Of a stretch of DNA of 64,000 nucleotides, positions 53,453 to 64,000 are shown in pieces. Every line of letters begins with the position of its first letter. Position 1 is the first letter of the stretch. Made by a program: the position numbers and the translations under genes. Where the stretch lies: NCBI GenBank assembly GCA_964016885.1, contig OZ024742.1, forward strand, positions 212,288,001-212,352,000. The letters run 5' to 3'. The DNA is from Eledone cirrhosa. Taxonomy: Eukaryota. Below the pieces are notes generated by a model. The model saw nothing but the letters and a program-made list of their open reading frames with translations, was not told the origin of the DNA and ran no database searches.

Positions 53453-53704
53453 TGACTCAATCAATTTGTCTTTCTCTTTAAATTGCTTTAGATATAACTG
53501 CAAATCGTTTTCCTTTTCTTTTTTAACATTTTGTAATTCTTGTCTGTAATTAGTACATTTTGCATGTGTTTGATCAAGTTTACTTTCACATGACCTCAGT
53601 TCATCTTCATACTGTTGATATTTATTAAACTGTTCATTAAAATCTCTCATTCTTTCATTTAATTGTGCATCAAGACTGACTACTTCATGTGATTTAGCAC
53701 GGAG
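53453..53704 (-). CDS. CCDC18: CCDC18-like exon
   Basis: ttcag|LRAKSHEVVSLDAQLNE...KDKLIES|gtaagt; phase 0/0. Confidence 0.9.
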
Positions 53705-55827
53705 CTGAAATTTGAACAAAACATAGCTTTTAACATGAGTTACTATTAAAAATGGTGAAAATGTAAAAAGATGTTAGGAACATTAACTGATGACAGTGAC
53801 ATAATTATTTTAATTTTTAAAAATTGTTCATCATCATCATTGTTTAACATCCATTTTCCATGCTTGCATGGATTTGACATGCTTGCATGGATTTTAATAA
53901 GGGGATAAAAAATTATAAACCGTACGTTATGAGACAAGTCATGTCAGAAGACCACGTCTTGCTCATACAGATCTGTATTTGGCTTGGTTTCTATGGCTGG
54001 ATGCCCTTCCTAACACCAACCATGTTACAGTCTGGACTGGGTGCTTTTATCGTGGTACCAAAACGACCATCTAAAAGGGTGGACTGGGTGGTTTTTGTCA
54101 TGTTACCAGCATGACTACCTGGGTGGGCTGGCCACTTTTTGTTATTCACCAGTGTGACCACCATACAGAGTGGACTGTTATCAATGTATTACAGTAAAGA
54201 AGAATTGTGGTATATCTGTTTAAATTGACTATGCAAAACCAGTGACAAACTTCATATATGGAGTGGTTCAGCCTAGAATGAAAATACTAAGAATAAAGTT
54301 TGACAATGAACATCATGAAAGACCAAGTCCTTAACCTTAACTTTAACATATAACATAGTGGTACCCACAAAAGTTATACCTTATTGGTAAGACATAATGA
54401 TTATTGTCAAGAGAAACAGTTCATTGCAACAATTCTTCATTTAACCACATGTAAAATAAAGTACCAAAGTTCACAACATAATGAAATGCAATCTTCAATT
54501 TGGTGTTCCTGCCTACCCTTACTTTTAAACATGAATGGCCATGACTTATTACTTATAAAAGTAACGACCAAAAAATACAATCGTAAATGAGGTTCTTTTG
54601 AAGGGCCTTTAGAATAACATTAGTTGATAGGGTTCATAGCTTGTTGATCAGGGAGTTGCTCCAGGTAGAACCAATACTTCTCTAAATTGAAAGATCACAG
54701 CTCCAATACTATGGACATGTGGTTAGAATATCTAAAGAAAGAATTGTTGAACAGATTTTACCAGCAAAACCAACTGGCAGGAGACCCAAGGGTAGACCAT
54801 GAGCAAAATTGTTGGATAACATCCATGAGCTTGGTTGGTTTCGTTTGGGGATCCAGCCAGACCAACTAGAGATGTTTGCATTTGATAGTGTAGTGGAGCT
54901 ATTTGCATGGCATGTATCAATAATCTATTCATGCGTGATTAGGTCACTGGTTGCTCAATCATGAGTCGCGCATGAATATCAACTTCTGCCCAAACAAATA
55001 TTTTCCCGCTTCTTTTGTTTTCACTAAACAGTAGCTGCTTAATCATAGAAAGGTAAATACCATTTTTCTCTTGCCGTTCGACCACTAGCCATTATGTAAC
55101 GACAACAACTCCACTTCGGCCTGGTTGGCGACATGTCGGCCAGTCGTTCGTACCTTCTTAACTCTTAATTTGTTTGTTCTTTTGTTTGGCATGCCACCTC
55201 AACTTTTGTAATCATTTCAGTTGTAAATAAATTATGTAAATTATTATAAGGTCTTGTAATACTTTTACCACAGCCATCGCCTTTGGACGTGATATGGGAA
55301 AAATCCTTTCCCAAGGTTCTTATCACTACAACAGCTTTATACTTCTTTTGTGGCTACAAAACATACAACCAAACTACAACTTCTAAGTTACATTTTACTT
55401 TCAACAAACATTCTACATTCATCTTTTATACAAACAATATTCACAACCGGCTAACATTGCCTCACACATAATATACCGTTGCATTTCTCGCTATAACAAT
55501 TAGCAAAACAATTCCTCATGTACTACTTCAATTACATAACATCATTAATTCTTATTCTTATTATGCCAACATGGCATAATAAACTTTCTTATTAATATTA
55601 TGCCAACACAGCATAATATTATCTAACTGCTAAAATAGGACCCTCTGGAAGGCATCTAAGGATTCTGCCCACACAACCCCTTCAGAAATAAGTGGATGAA
55701 GAAGGTTGGTACTTATGAGATTGAATGTGTAAGTAATTCTGTATCGTAGCAACACATACACCACGGTGCAATACAAAAATATTTAATTATAAAATAAAAT
55801 TTAGTAACAAAAACAATCAGAATGTAC

Positions 55828-56048
55828 CTTTTGCTCAAGTTGGCAGATATTGTTTTCTTTGTTATTTAATTCCTCCTGTAGTTCTACAAGCTGTGTATTC
55901 CGTTGACTGATACAGAAATCTAAATTCTCAGCTTTAGCCTCACTCTCAGCAAGTTGATATTTCACGCTCTGAAAGTTATCTTTCAGCCCATCAAGTTGTT
56001 CAGATAAATAATGATTATGTTCACTTAGTTCTGTTATTTTCTTTTTAC
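55828..56048 (-). CDS. CCDC18: CCDC18-like exon
   Basis: tttag|..KKKITELSEHN...SQRNTQLVELQEELNNKENNICQLEQK|gtacat; phase 1/0. Confidence 0.88.
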
Positions 56049-56067
56049 CTAAACATGAAAATATAAT

Positions 56068-56277
56068 GATTTTTCCTTATGGTAGAAGGTTAGTAATTTT
56101 GGAGCGAGGTGAAAGTCGATTAAATTAACACTAATACTTGACTAGTACTTTATTTTTTTTAACCTGGGAAGGATGAAAGGCAAAGTAGACCTCAACAGGA
56201 TTTGAATTTAGAACATAAAGAACTGTAACAAAATACTACAAAGCATTTTGTCCGGTGTTCTAACAATTCTGCTACTC
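56068..56277 (-). mobile_element. SINE with 17-bp TSD abutting a CCDC18-like splice acceptor
   Basis: TSD aaacatgaaaatataat at 56051-56067 and 56278-56294. Confidence 0.85.
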
Positions 56278-56804
56278 AAACATGAAAATATAATTGCAAT
56301 GATATTTAGTAGAAACATGCTGGAGCAACTTACTTAATTCAACAAGCATCTATTAATATAGATATTGGCAATGGGAAATATCTAATCACCTGAGAATGTC
56401 ACCTGCTTAGAGACATGTTTTGTTTTTTAATCAATCAACAAGATCCAAAACCTCATTCATTTACCAAGTTGGGGGAAACTTGTCAAATTGGACCAAGGAA
56501 ACAGAGTTTCCACCGGTCTTTCCATTACTGATACTATCTACCAGTCACAACTCCTGGCAGAAGGAACAATGTGAAATAAAGTGTCTTTCTCAAGGACATA
56601 ACACATTGCCCAGTCCGAAAATCTAACTCGCAACCTCACATTTGCAAATCCAGTTCTCTAACCACTAAGACATGCACCTACACAGTTTCTCAGTCTTAAC
56701 AAGGAGAAAAATTATTACACATCCAACTGACACTATGAAAACCAACCTTTTCAAATCAAAAGTCTTGTAGTTAAAAAGAAACCACAATAAAATGTGAAAC
56801 TTAC

Positions 56805-56926
56805 TTTCTCTGTAATTATTAGCTTCTATATTTTCTGCTCTCAATCTTTCTTCTTTGGAAGCTACTAGAGATTGGTTAGAGGCTTGCAATTGTTGAATTT
56901 TGGCTTCTTTATCTGCAATTTTGTTT
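56805..56926 (-). CDS. CCDC18: CCDC18-like exon
   Basis: cacag|A NKIADKEAKIQQLQ...NNYRE A|gtaagt; phase 2/1. Confidence 0.88.
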
Positions 56927-57259
56927 CTGTGGAGTTTTAATAACATATAAAGTTATATATCTTCAGATTTTAATAAGATATCAAAGAATGTTTGTATGTC
57001 ACAAAAAGCGGGAAAAGAAAATATGTGGCTTAGTGGTTAGGGTGTTGGGCTCTCAATTGTAATGTGGGTTTGATTCCTAGATTGGGTGACACATTGGTTT
57101 TTATTCTTTCACACTAAATCATCAAAAATTATATATAATTTATTCTTTATCATTAATATTAATATAAAAAATATTAATTATATTTTTGGTGGGTAAAAAG
57201 GCCTCAAATTTCATATAGCTTAGGGCCTCAGCAGGTGAAAGTCCACCTCATGTCCTGAA

Positions 57260-59720
57260 ACACAGGCTATGTGTCAACCTGGAAGAGGCACCATTGAGTA
57301 GATCCTAACTATTGAACAAAACATTGAGAAATCAATAGAATTCAACAACACTAAGCACATCACCTTCATTGACTTCACAAAAGCTTTCGACAGCATGAAA
57401 CTACCCAGCTTGTGGCAACTCTTAAACAAAACCTCAGTTAACAAGAAATACATCAACCTACTGAAAGAAACTTACACTAACTCAACAGCATATATCAAAA
57501 CAGATTTGGGAACTACACTGTCTACAGACTTCTTGAAGGGAGTTAAGCAGGGGGGTGTACTATCAGCACTTCTTTTCTCTATAGTTATCATCATCATCAT
57601 CATCATCACCGTTTTACGTCCGTTCTTCCACGCTAGCATGGGTTAGACGGGTTGTCCTGTTGTGGGCAGTGTCTGGTCGGCTGACCATGCCTTGCTCATA
57701 CAGGAACTGATCTGGCTTGATTTCTACAGCTGGATGCCCTTCCTAACACCAACCTCATTTACAGTGAGTGCTGGGTGCTTTTTCGTGGCGCCTACACGTC
57801 CACTTTACAGTGTGGGCTGGGTGCTTTTTTGCCGTGGCACCTCCACGACCACCTTGCGGTGGGGGGGGGGGGGGGCATATTGTTTATATGCTTCAGCATG
57901 TACCCATGGGAGGTCGGGTACCCTGTATTACTGCGTGACGCCAGAAGTCACGGTCGTGTGTCATTGACTTTGAGAGGTGTAGTTGGGTAAGGTCGGCTTT
58001 TATCACCTCATCCCAAGTCATCTTGGGTCTCCCCACTCCGCGGTTTCCATCAACTTCTAGTGCTCTGCACCTTTTTATGCAGCTGTCATCCTTCATACGC
58101 ATCACATGTCCATACCAGCGTAACCGCCTCTCCTGCACGCAGCATTTGATTCCTCTTATGCTCAGTCTCTCTCTCAATTCATTTATGCTTTGTCGTTCAG
58201 TTATAGATGCACTTATCTACCAAACTAAAGAAAATGCTCTGGCTATCAAATAAGAGATCAAATCCGATCAAATCTTAGCTATGCAGATAATCTGGCTATC
58301 AAGAGTTACTCTAGAACTGATCTACAAAACTTTCTGAATGCACTTATAACAGAATACTCCTATATTTTACCAGCGAAGATTCAAAACCGAATCTAAGGTT
58401 TCTCGCATCTGAGACCACTCATTATAGGAGATTTCCCACCATTGTCCTGTCAAGTCAACGATGATAAACGTACATACCACTTGCCCTCTCATCCCAGCTT
58501 CCTGGGAGACGATATCCACATGGCTGATCATAAATCAACCTCATATACACATCCTTCTAACTTTAGCACCATTATAAATACAAGGAGTTAAGGAATCTAG
58601 AAGAGAGAGACCGAAGCAAGCAGTCCGTGTTAAGATTCACGATGTAGCAGACCTTTCACTCTATCTCTCTCTCCTGGCCTCACTGGTTGTCACCTTCTCG
58701 GCCACAGACACAACCAGACAGCCAGCCATGCCTGCCTGACAGATTGACCACTACTACTACAACAATAATGTATTCTAAGAATAGGCACACACACACACAT
58801 AGTAAGTTCATATTGTTTATATTATATGCTCATTCTATTCTTCCTGTCATATTGTATCTGTAAGATACAACACAACTTTTACTATATCGTTTTCTGTGAA
58901 TACATGCATTTACGCTAACTCGTAGAAGTTAGTCAGCAAATTAATGTAGCGATAATTCATGTCATAAATATTATTACTCGATGTTCAAAGTGAATATTGT
59001 TATAAAATAAACACACATCAAAAGAATACCACTTATCCGCTACATACTGACCAAAACGAAATGTATGATAACTGATAAAAACAATGCCAATCTCCAACTA
59101 GCAATAGTTAATTGTATTTGTTAAATGCATTTATATTTGTGTTTATCAACGATATTATATTTGTAATGTTATTCTGAAAGAATCTCCAACTCACAATCTA
59201 CAACCAACAAATTGTTCAAGTTTGTATATCTCAGTCACAAACTATTATCAAACAACAATGGAATTGTCGCTGTGCAGTATCCCATCACTCTGGGTTGGGC
59301 AGCTTTCAACAGGAACAAAGAAGTGCTAACATCAAACGAGTTTCTTATCATTTGAAGGTTAAGATCTTTGATACTTACATCCTACCAGTTGTGTTATATG
59401 GTCTTGTCTGTCTTAATTGGACAACAAGGTTACTTCAGAAGCCCTTTATATTCCAGAACCACATCATGAGACTTATGACTAACAAATGACTCGATGACAC
59501 TATCACTATCAATGAGCTACTCAACATCAGTTACCAAGTCAAGAGTACTTAAATTGTATGGAGATATCAAAAGATCAACTCGTGGTGCAAGTAAGTTATG
59601 CCTAGAAGCAAAGTTAGCTGGTAAGAGAAGCAGAGGTCGACAGCAAAAACACTGGCTTGATAATCTTATACATAATGATTGGAGGACTGCAAGACTATGT
59701 CAGGGATATCTTTTCTGAAC
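57260..59720 (+). mobile_element. Old RTE-like LINE split by several nested insertions
   Basis: FIDFTKAFDS..KGVKQGGVLSALLFSIVI (57360-57586); LSYADNL (58275); ILPVVLYG..WT (59380); GKRSRGRQ..WLD (59620). Confidence 0.75.
57587..58200 (-). mobile_element. RTE LINE 3' end (ORF end, VNTR-bearing 3' UTR, (GAT)n tail) nested in an older + strand LINE
   Basis: RRLRWYGHVMRM..RGVGRPKMTWDEVIKADL, followed by the ~38-bp repeat aaaagcacccagc.cac. Confidence 0.88.
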
Positions 59721-59739
59721 ACATTATTAAAATAAGTTG

Positions 59740-60230
59740 GAATACTTTGAATAAATCATGAATGAATATTATGTGATTTAGCTACTAAATTCCGTAGCTG
59801 TTGATTAAACATAAATATTCTTATATATAATGTACTGCTTATTTTAAAATTCACTTCTTCAAAATTTTCAAATGTCTACACTTCCAGTTAGTGTTTATAC
59901 GTTATAACACATCGCTTATATAAATGTTCATATATTTGGATACTTATATAACATTTATATTTCCGTTACTAATTTTCTCCTTTTTCGTTTTCATAACATT
60001 TTGCCGTAATGCAGTTTATATATAATATTGTCTTTTTTAAATGTATCATGGATTACTTTACTGATTTCAGAAGAAAGTGTAACACAGACTCTCTTCAATT
60101 TCAGTGCATATTGTCAATTACGATTTTATTTGACGTATCATGTCTAAATGCATATATATTTGCATATAATATCAATATGCACACTACACATGCTAGCAGA
60201 AAACCATCCGAAGGGTGGTTTTTCTGCTAG
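59740..60230 (+). mobile_element. Second copy of the Helitron-like element
   Basis: Colinear with 52480-53015 and has the same hairpin plus CTAG end. Confidence 0.55.
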
Positions 60231-60500
60231 TGTCAACTTATGGATGGGACTTGAGCTTTGCTCTTTAAACTCTACTGTTGGTGATCAAACTTTGTGGAGA
60301 AGAATATCTCATGTTGATGCGCAGTCTGCAACAGGTGGAGTGAATGTCTAAAGAATGTAATGACTCTGCCAATTTACTGATAAAGGCTACCAAACAGAAT
60401 TATTTAAGAGAAATAAAAAAGGAAAACAAGCCATTTTATATGCCAAACCCCAAATATTTATATAGTTAAGTAATGAGATTGTGATAAAATTGTTACTAAC

Positions 60501-60646
60501 TGTATATCTGCAAGTAAAGAACTACATGCAGTTGGAATTGAGATCTGTAGCAGAGCTTCAAATTCAGAAATGATTTTTGATGTAGATTGCTGACAATCTG
60601 GTTTCCAACTTAAAATGCCACTATCATTTTCTTCAGTTTTCATTAC
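60501..60646 (-). CDS. CCDC18: CCDC18-like exon
   Basis: tttag|VMKTEENDSG...SSLLADI CA|gttagt; phase 0/2. Confidence 0.8.
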
Positions 60647-60994
60647 CTAAACAAATAAAACAAAAAAGAAAAAAAAACATATATATTTTATAAATAAAAT
60701 TTACCATATATACTCGAATATAAGCCGATCTGAATAAATGCCAATCACCCCTCTATTTTATGTCTAATGAGCAAAAATCCAACCCCATTTATAAACTGGG
60801 ACAGCAATCAACACATTGTTTAGATGGTGTATATAAGTCTACCCACCAATTTTTGGTGACATATTCCTCGGCTTATATTCAAATCTATATGATATATGTG
60901 TGTGAATGTGTGTAGATTTATTTTCCATAATTCACAGCATAGAAATCTTTAACAAAGCTGAAAACAATGAGTTTCCATAACTCTAAAAATGGTA

Positions 60995-61595
60995 TAATTT
61001 TGGGGAAGAGGAAAGTCGATTAAATCAACTCTGGTGTGTTACTGATACTTTATTTTATAGACCCTGTAAGGATGAAAGGCAGAGCTAACCTCAACAGGAT
61101 TTGAATTCAGAATGTAAAGGGACGTAATTCTATGCTGCAAAGCATGATTTCTGACTCTCAGTCGATACTGCCAATTCACCACCCTCTGTGTAGAAATAAT
61201 ACTGGTTCTTGATTTAGGCCTAAATCAGAAACCATTATTAACCTGGATAAGGGTAGTGGATTGACAAATTATTAACAGTATTTGATCTGGCTCTTTACAT
61301 TCTGAGATCAAATCCCACTGGGGTCAGCATTTTCCTTTCGTCCTTCCAGGTTCAATGAAATAAACTACCAGTAAAGAACTAGAGTCAATATAATTGATTT
61401 TCCTCTCCTCCAAAATTGCTAGCATTGTATTTAAATAAATCATTATTAACTTTGCGGTGGATTGGCAGTATCGGTAGAAGGTTTAAATCCCCCCAAGGTT
61501 AGCTTTGCTTTTCATCCTTACGAGGTCGATAAAATAAAATACCAGTAATGCACTGGAATAATTGCTGGCCTTGTGCCAAAAGTAGAAACAATTAT
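60995..61595. mobile_element. SINE cluster with copies in both orientations
   Basis: Minus copy 61000-61182, near-palindrome 61203-61233, plus copies 61250-61595. Confidence 0.85.
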
Positions 61596-61677
61596 TAACT
61601 TTGATACCTACTGCTGATTTATTATATAAGAAAATACATTAAAGAACATTTTCAATTGCTAACTTTGAAAAACCTAC

Positions 61678-61880
61678 ATTTTGAAGAGGGCTTGATTCAT
61701 TATTTGGTGAGGGTTCATCTTTCAAAAGACGGACAAACTCTCGCAAGACTTCCTTTATAGTTTCCTTCTCAACTACATTATCTTTAACCTGCTGAGATTT
61801 TAATTTTATCTTGTACTGAAGATGACAATTTTCCTGTCGCACATTCTCAAGTTCTGAACTTGTGGATTCAATAACTGAGG
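61678..61880 (-). CDS. CCDC18: CCDC18-like exon
   Basis: ttaag|..SVIESTSSELENVRQENCHLQYKIK...SSPLQN|gtaggt; phase 1/0. Confidence 0.85.
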
Positions 61881-62700
61881 CTTAACAAAAGAAAAAGAAA
61901 ATAATAAATAATTAAAATACAGGAAAAAATATAGAATTAAAATTAATTCATTTGAAGTACCTTAGAAACTATCACCATTTTTATCATTATTTACATTTTA
62001 AGGTCTTCAGCAAAGCAATGTTGTATTTGACATCAGCAAAACCTTTAGTTATCTCTAACCTTTTAGCTACAATATATCTATATCTCATCTATATCTCCAT
62101 CTATATCTCATCTCTTAGTTTTCTGTTAGTCTGCTCCATCACAGCATATATTGACAGGATTTCCTTTCCCCCATCCTCTATCTACTCTGATGTACCTCAG
62201 GATTTGGTTATGTCTCTAACACTCATCACTCTCTACATCAACAATCTCTTTCTCATATAGATAATACCACTCTTTACTGCTCTTTAAAGTTCCAAATACA
62301 GGTGTCATCGACATGTAAACTAAACATCTTATTCCACAAAGCTGGAATGACCACAGATATAATTCTTTCTTTATTGGCCACAAGGGCCTACATATAGGGG
62401 ACAATATAAAAAAACAAGGACAATGGGGGTTTACAACAAAAAATTGAGTAAAACATAAATACAACAATAACAACTATAATGTAGACTGAACTATAGAGTT
62501 CTACCCAGAGAAATGCTGGGTGTTGTATGGCTGATAGATTTAGAATTGTCTTTTAAAACTGTACAGAATCACCAAAATATATTTTTAGCATTACTATTAT
62601 GATTAATTAAAGGAGAGTTTACATTTCTTTTCCTTAGTAATAATTAATATCATTAATATTTCTTTAAGCATTGATTCTCTTAAATGTGTATTTTATTTAC

Positions 62701-62801
62701 CAGTAAACTTAGCTGACTTCAGTTCTCTCTTCAACAAAACATTTTCATCTGCCAGGCAAAGTTTTTCTTGTATTTCTTGTTCATTTTTATCTTGAATTTT
62801 C
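62701..62801 (-). CDS. CCDC18: CCDC18-like coiled-coil protein, first exon visible in window
   Basis: ttcag|G KIQDKNEQEIQEKLCLADENVLLKRELKSAKFT G|gtaaat; phase 2/1, matches the next exon. Confidence 0.8.
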
Positions 62802-62961
62802 CTGAATGAAAACGAAAATGATTATTGCTTATGTAATATATGAGATTCAAATCTATGTGGAAAGGTAAATGGAAAATTGTGATGCATATGCTTTTTTCAA
62901 AGTCTTTAAACACCTTATGTAAATTACTTTAATTTGGGATCAAAACTAGCTACAAACAAAT

Positions 62962-63150
62962 AATTGTTTCTACTTTTGGCACAAGGCCAGCAATTATCCT
63001 AGTGCATTACTGGTACCTTATTTTATTGACCCCATAAGGATGAAAGGCAAAGTGAAACTTGGTGGGATTTGATCTCACACCGTAAAGGGCCGAAACTCCA
63101 CGTTGCAAAGCAAGCCGTTCGACCCTCTATCGATCGTGCCAATCCACCAT
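62962..63150 (-). mobile_element. SINE
   Basis: Same tRNA-SINE core and head. Confidence 0.85.
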
Positions 63151-64000
63151 AATAACAATAAATAAGAACTTCTGAGTTGAAAGAACCTATGGAAAAAGAA
63201 GTGTGATGGCTGATCTCAAGATGCTGAACTTCACTAGAGAAATAACAAGGGGTTGCAACAAGTGGCAAGACATTATGTTAAGAGAAGCATATCTTTCTCA
63301 TGCCAGCATAAAAAAAAAGCGGGCATGGAATGATGATGTTGGGTGGCTGGGATGATAAAGATGGTTAGCAACATTATTTCAGTCTTTTTATTTAAGATAT
63401 AGAACCCAATTCCTTATTAATCTTGCCATAACCATCTTAGAATCTCTAGCAGAGCACACTGGAGTAGTTTCTTGTTACTATCTCCAGTTGGATATAAATA
63501 TCAAATTCATAAAGACATGCAAGTGTGGGAGGGAGAGGGGAAAGGAATTTGTCATGTTACCATTTTTCTGAAGGGCTCTAACAATACAAGTGAAATGAAA
63601 CAGTTCCAACCAGAATTTTAAACTGGATTGTGAAGTCTGCTTTCATCTTCATTCTACAGTACTTAGCAATGCCTCCTAATATTTACTTCTCTTGTCCTGG
63701 CGTCTTGCCTATCTACTTCATTTCTAGCAAACAACCTATATTTTGAATTAATTACTCCAGTCAGTAAAATTTCTTTTTCCAGTCTTCCTTTTGAGGTTCT
63801 CTATTTTCTTACTTCAATGTTCTTAAATGTTTCCTTCTTCTTCAACTAATTTCATAGCTCTGTCTCTACCCCATCCCTCATCTCTGATCTCAATAGTTCT
63901 AAACAAGCAACACATGACAGTATTTCTCTCTCAAGCCCAGCCATGTAAAGATAGGGTTTTAAGGTTTTATTTCAACCTATATTTTGAATTAAATACTCCC

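Noticed and set aside
60235-60347. Possible extra CCDC18-like exon after ctttag
   Set aside because: Stops in all three frames; flanking exons join in phase without it; probably a LINE tail

Overview
AT-rich, intron-rich eukaryotic DNA, very probably coleoid cephalopod (octopus-like): it has dense tRNA-derived SINEs, RTE LINEs and (TA)n/(GA)n microsatellites, and a Sec1/Munc18 C-terminus nearly identical to squid neuronal Sec1 as I recall it. Two spliced genes converge tail to tail. On the + strand are the last four exons of Munc18/STXBP1/Rop (15534-16820), preceded by an intron of at least 15.5 kb. On the - strand are 23 phase-consistent exons (62801 down to 19926, about 1146 codons, 5' end outside the window) of a long coiled-coil protein resembling CCDC18. 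The introns hold a full-length but disrupted Tigger/pogo transposon inserted in a SINE, mariner, Helitron, piggyBac-like MITE, hAT-like, RTE, CR1-like and CRE-like relics. The most interesting leads are (i) candidate frame-preserving cassette/micro-exons and a candidate poison exon, with Rbfox/QKI/Nova-type motifs, in the long Munc18 intron; (ii) a SINE that landed at a splice acceptor and now carries a perfect TACTAAC branch point; (iii) a perfect 34-bp inverted repeat with two CRE sites just upstream of the Tigger transposase. All exon calls were made by eye, without transcript data.
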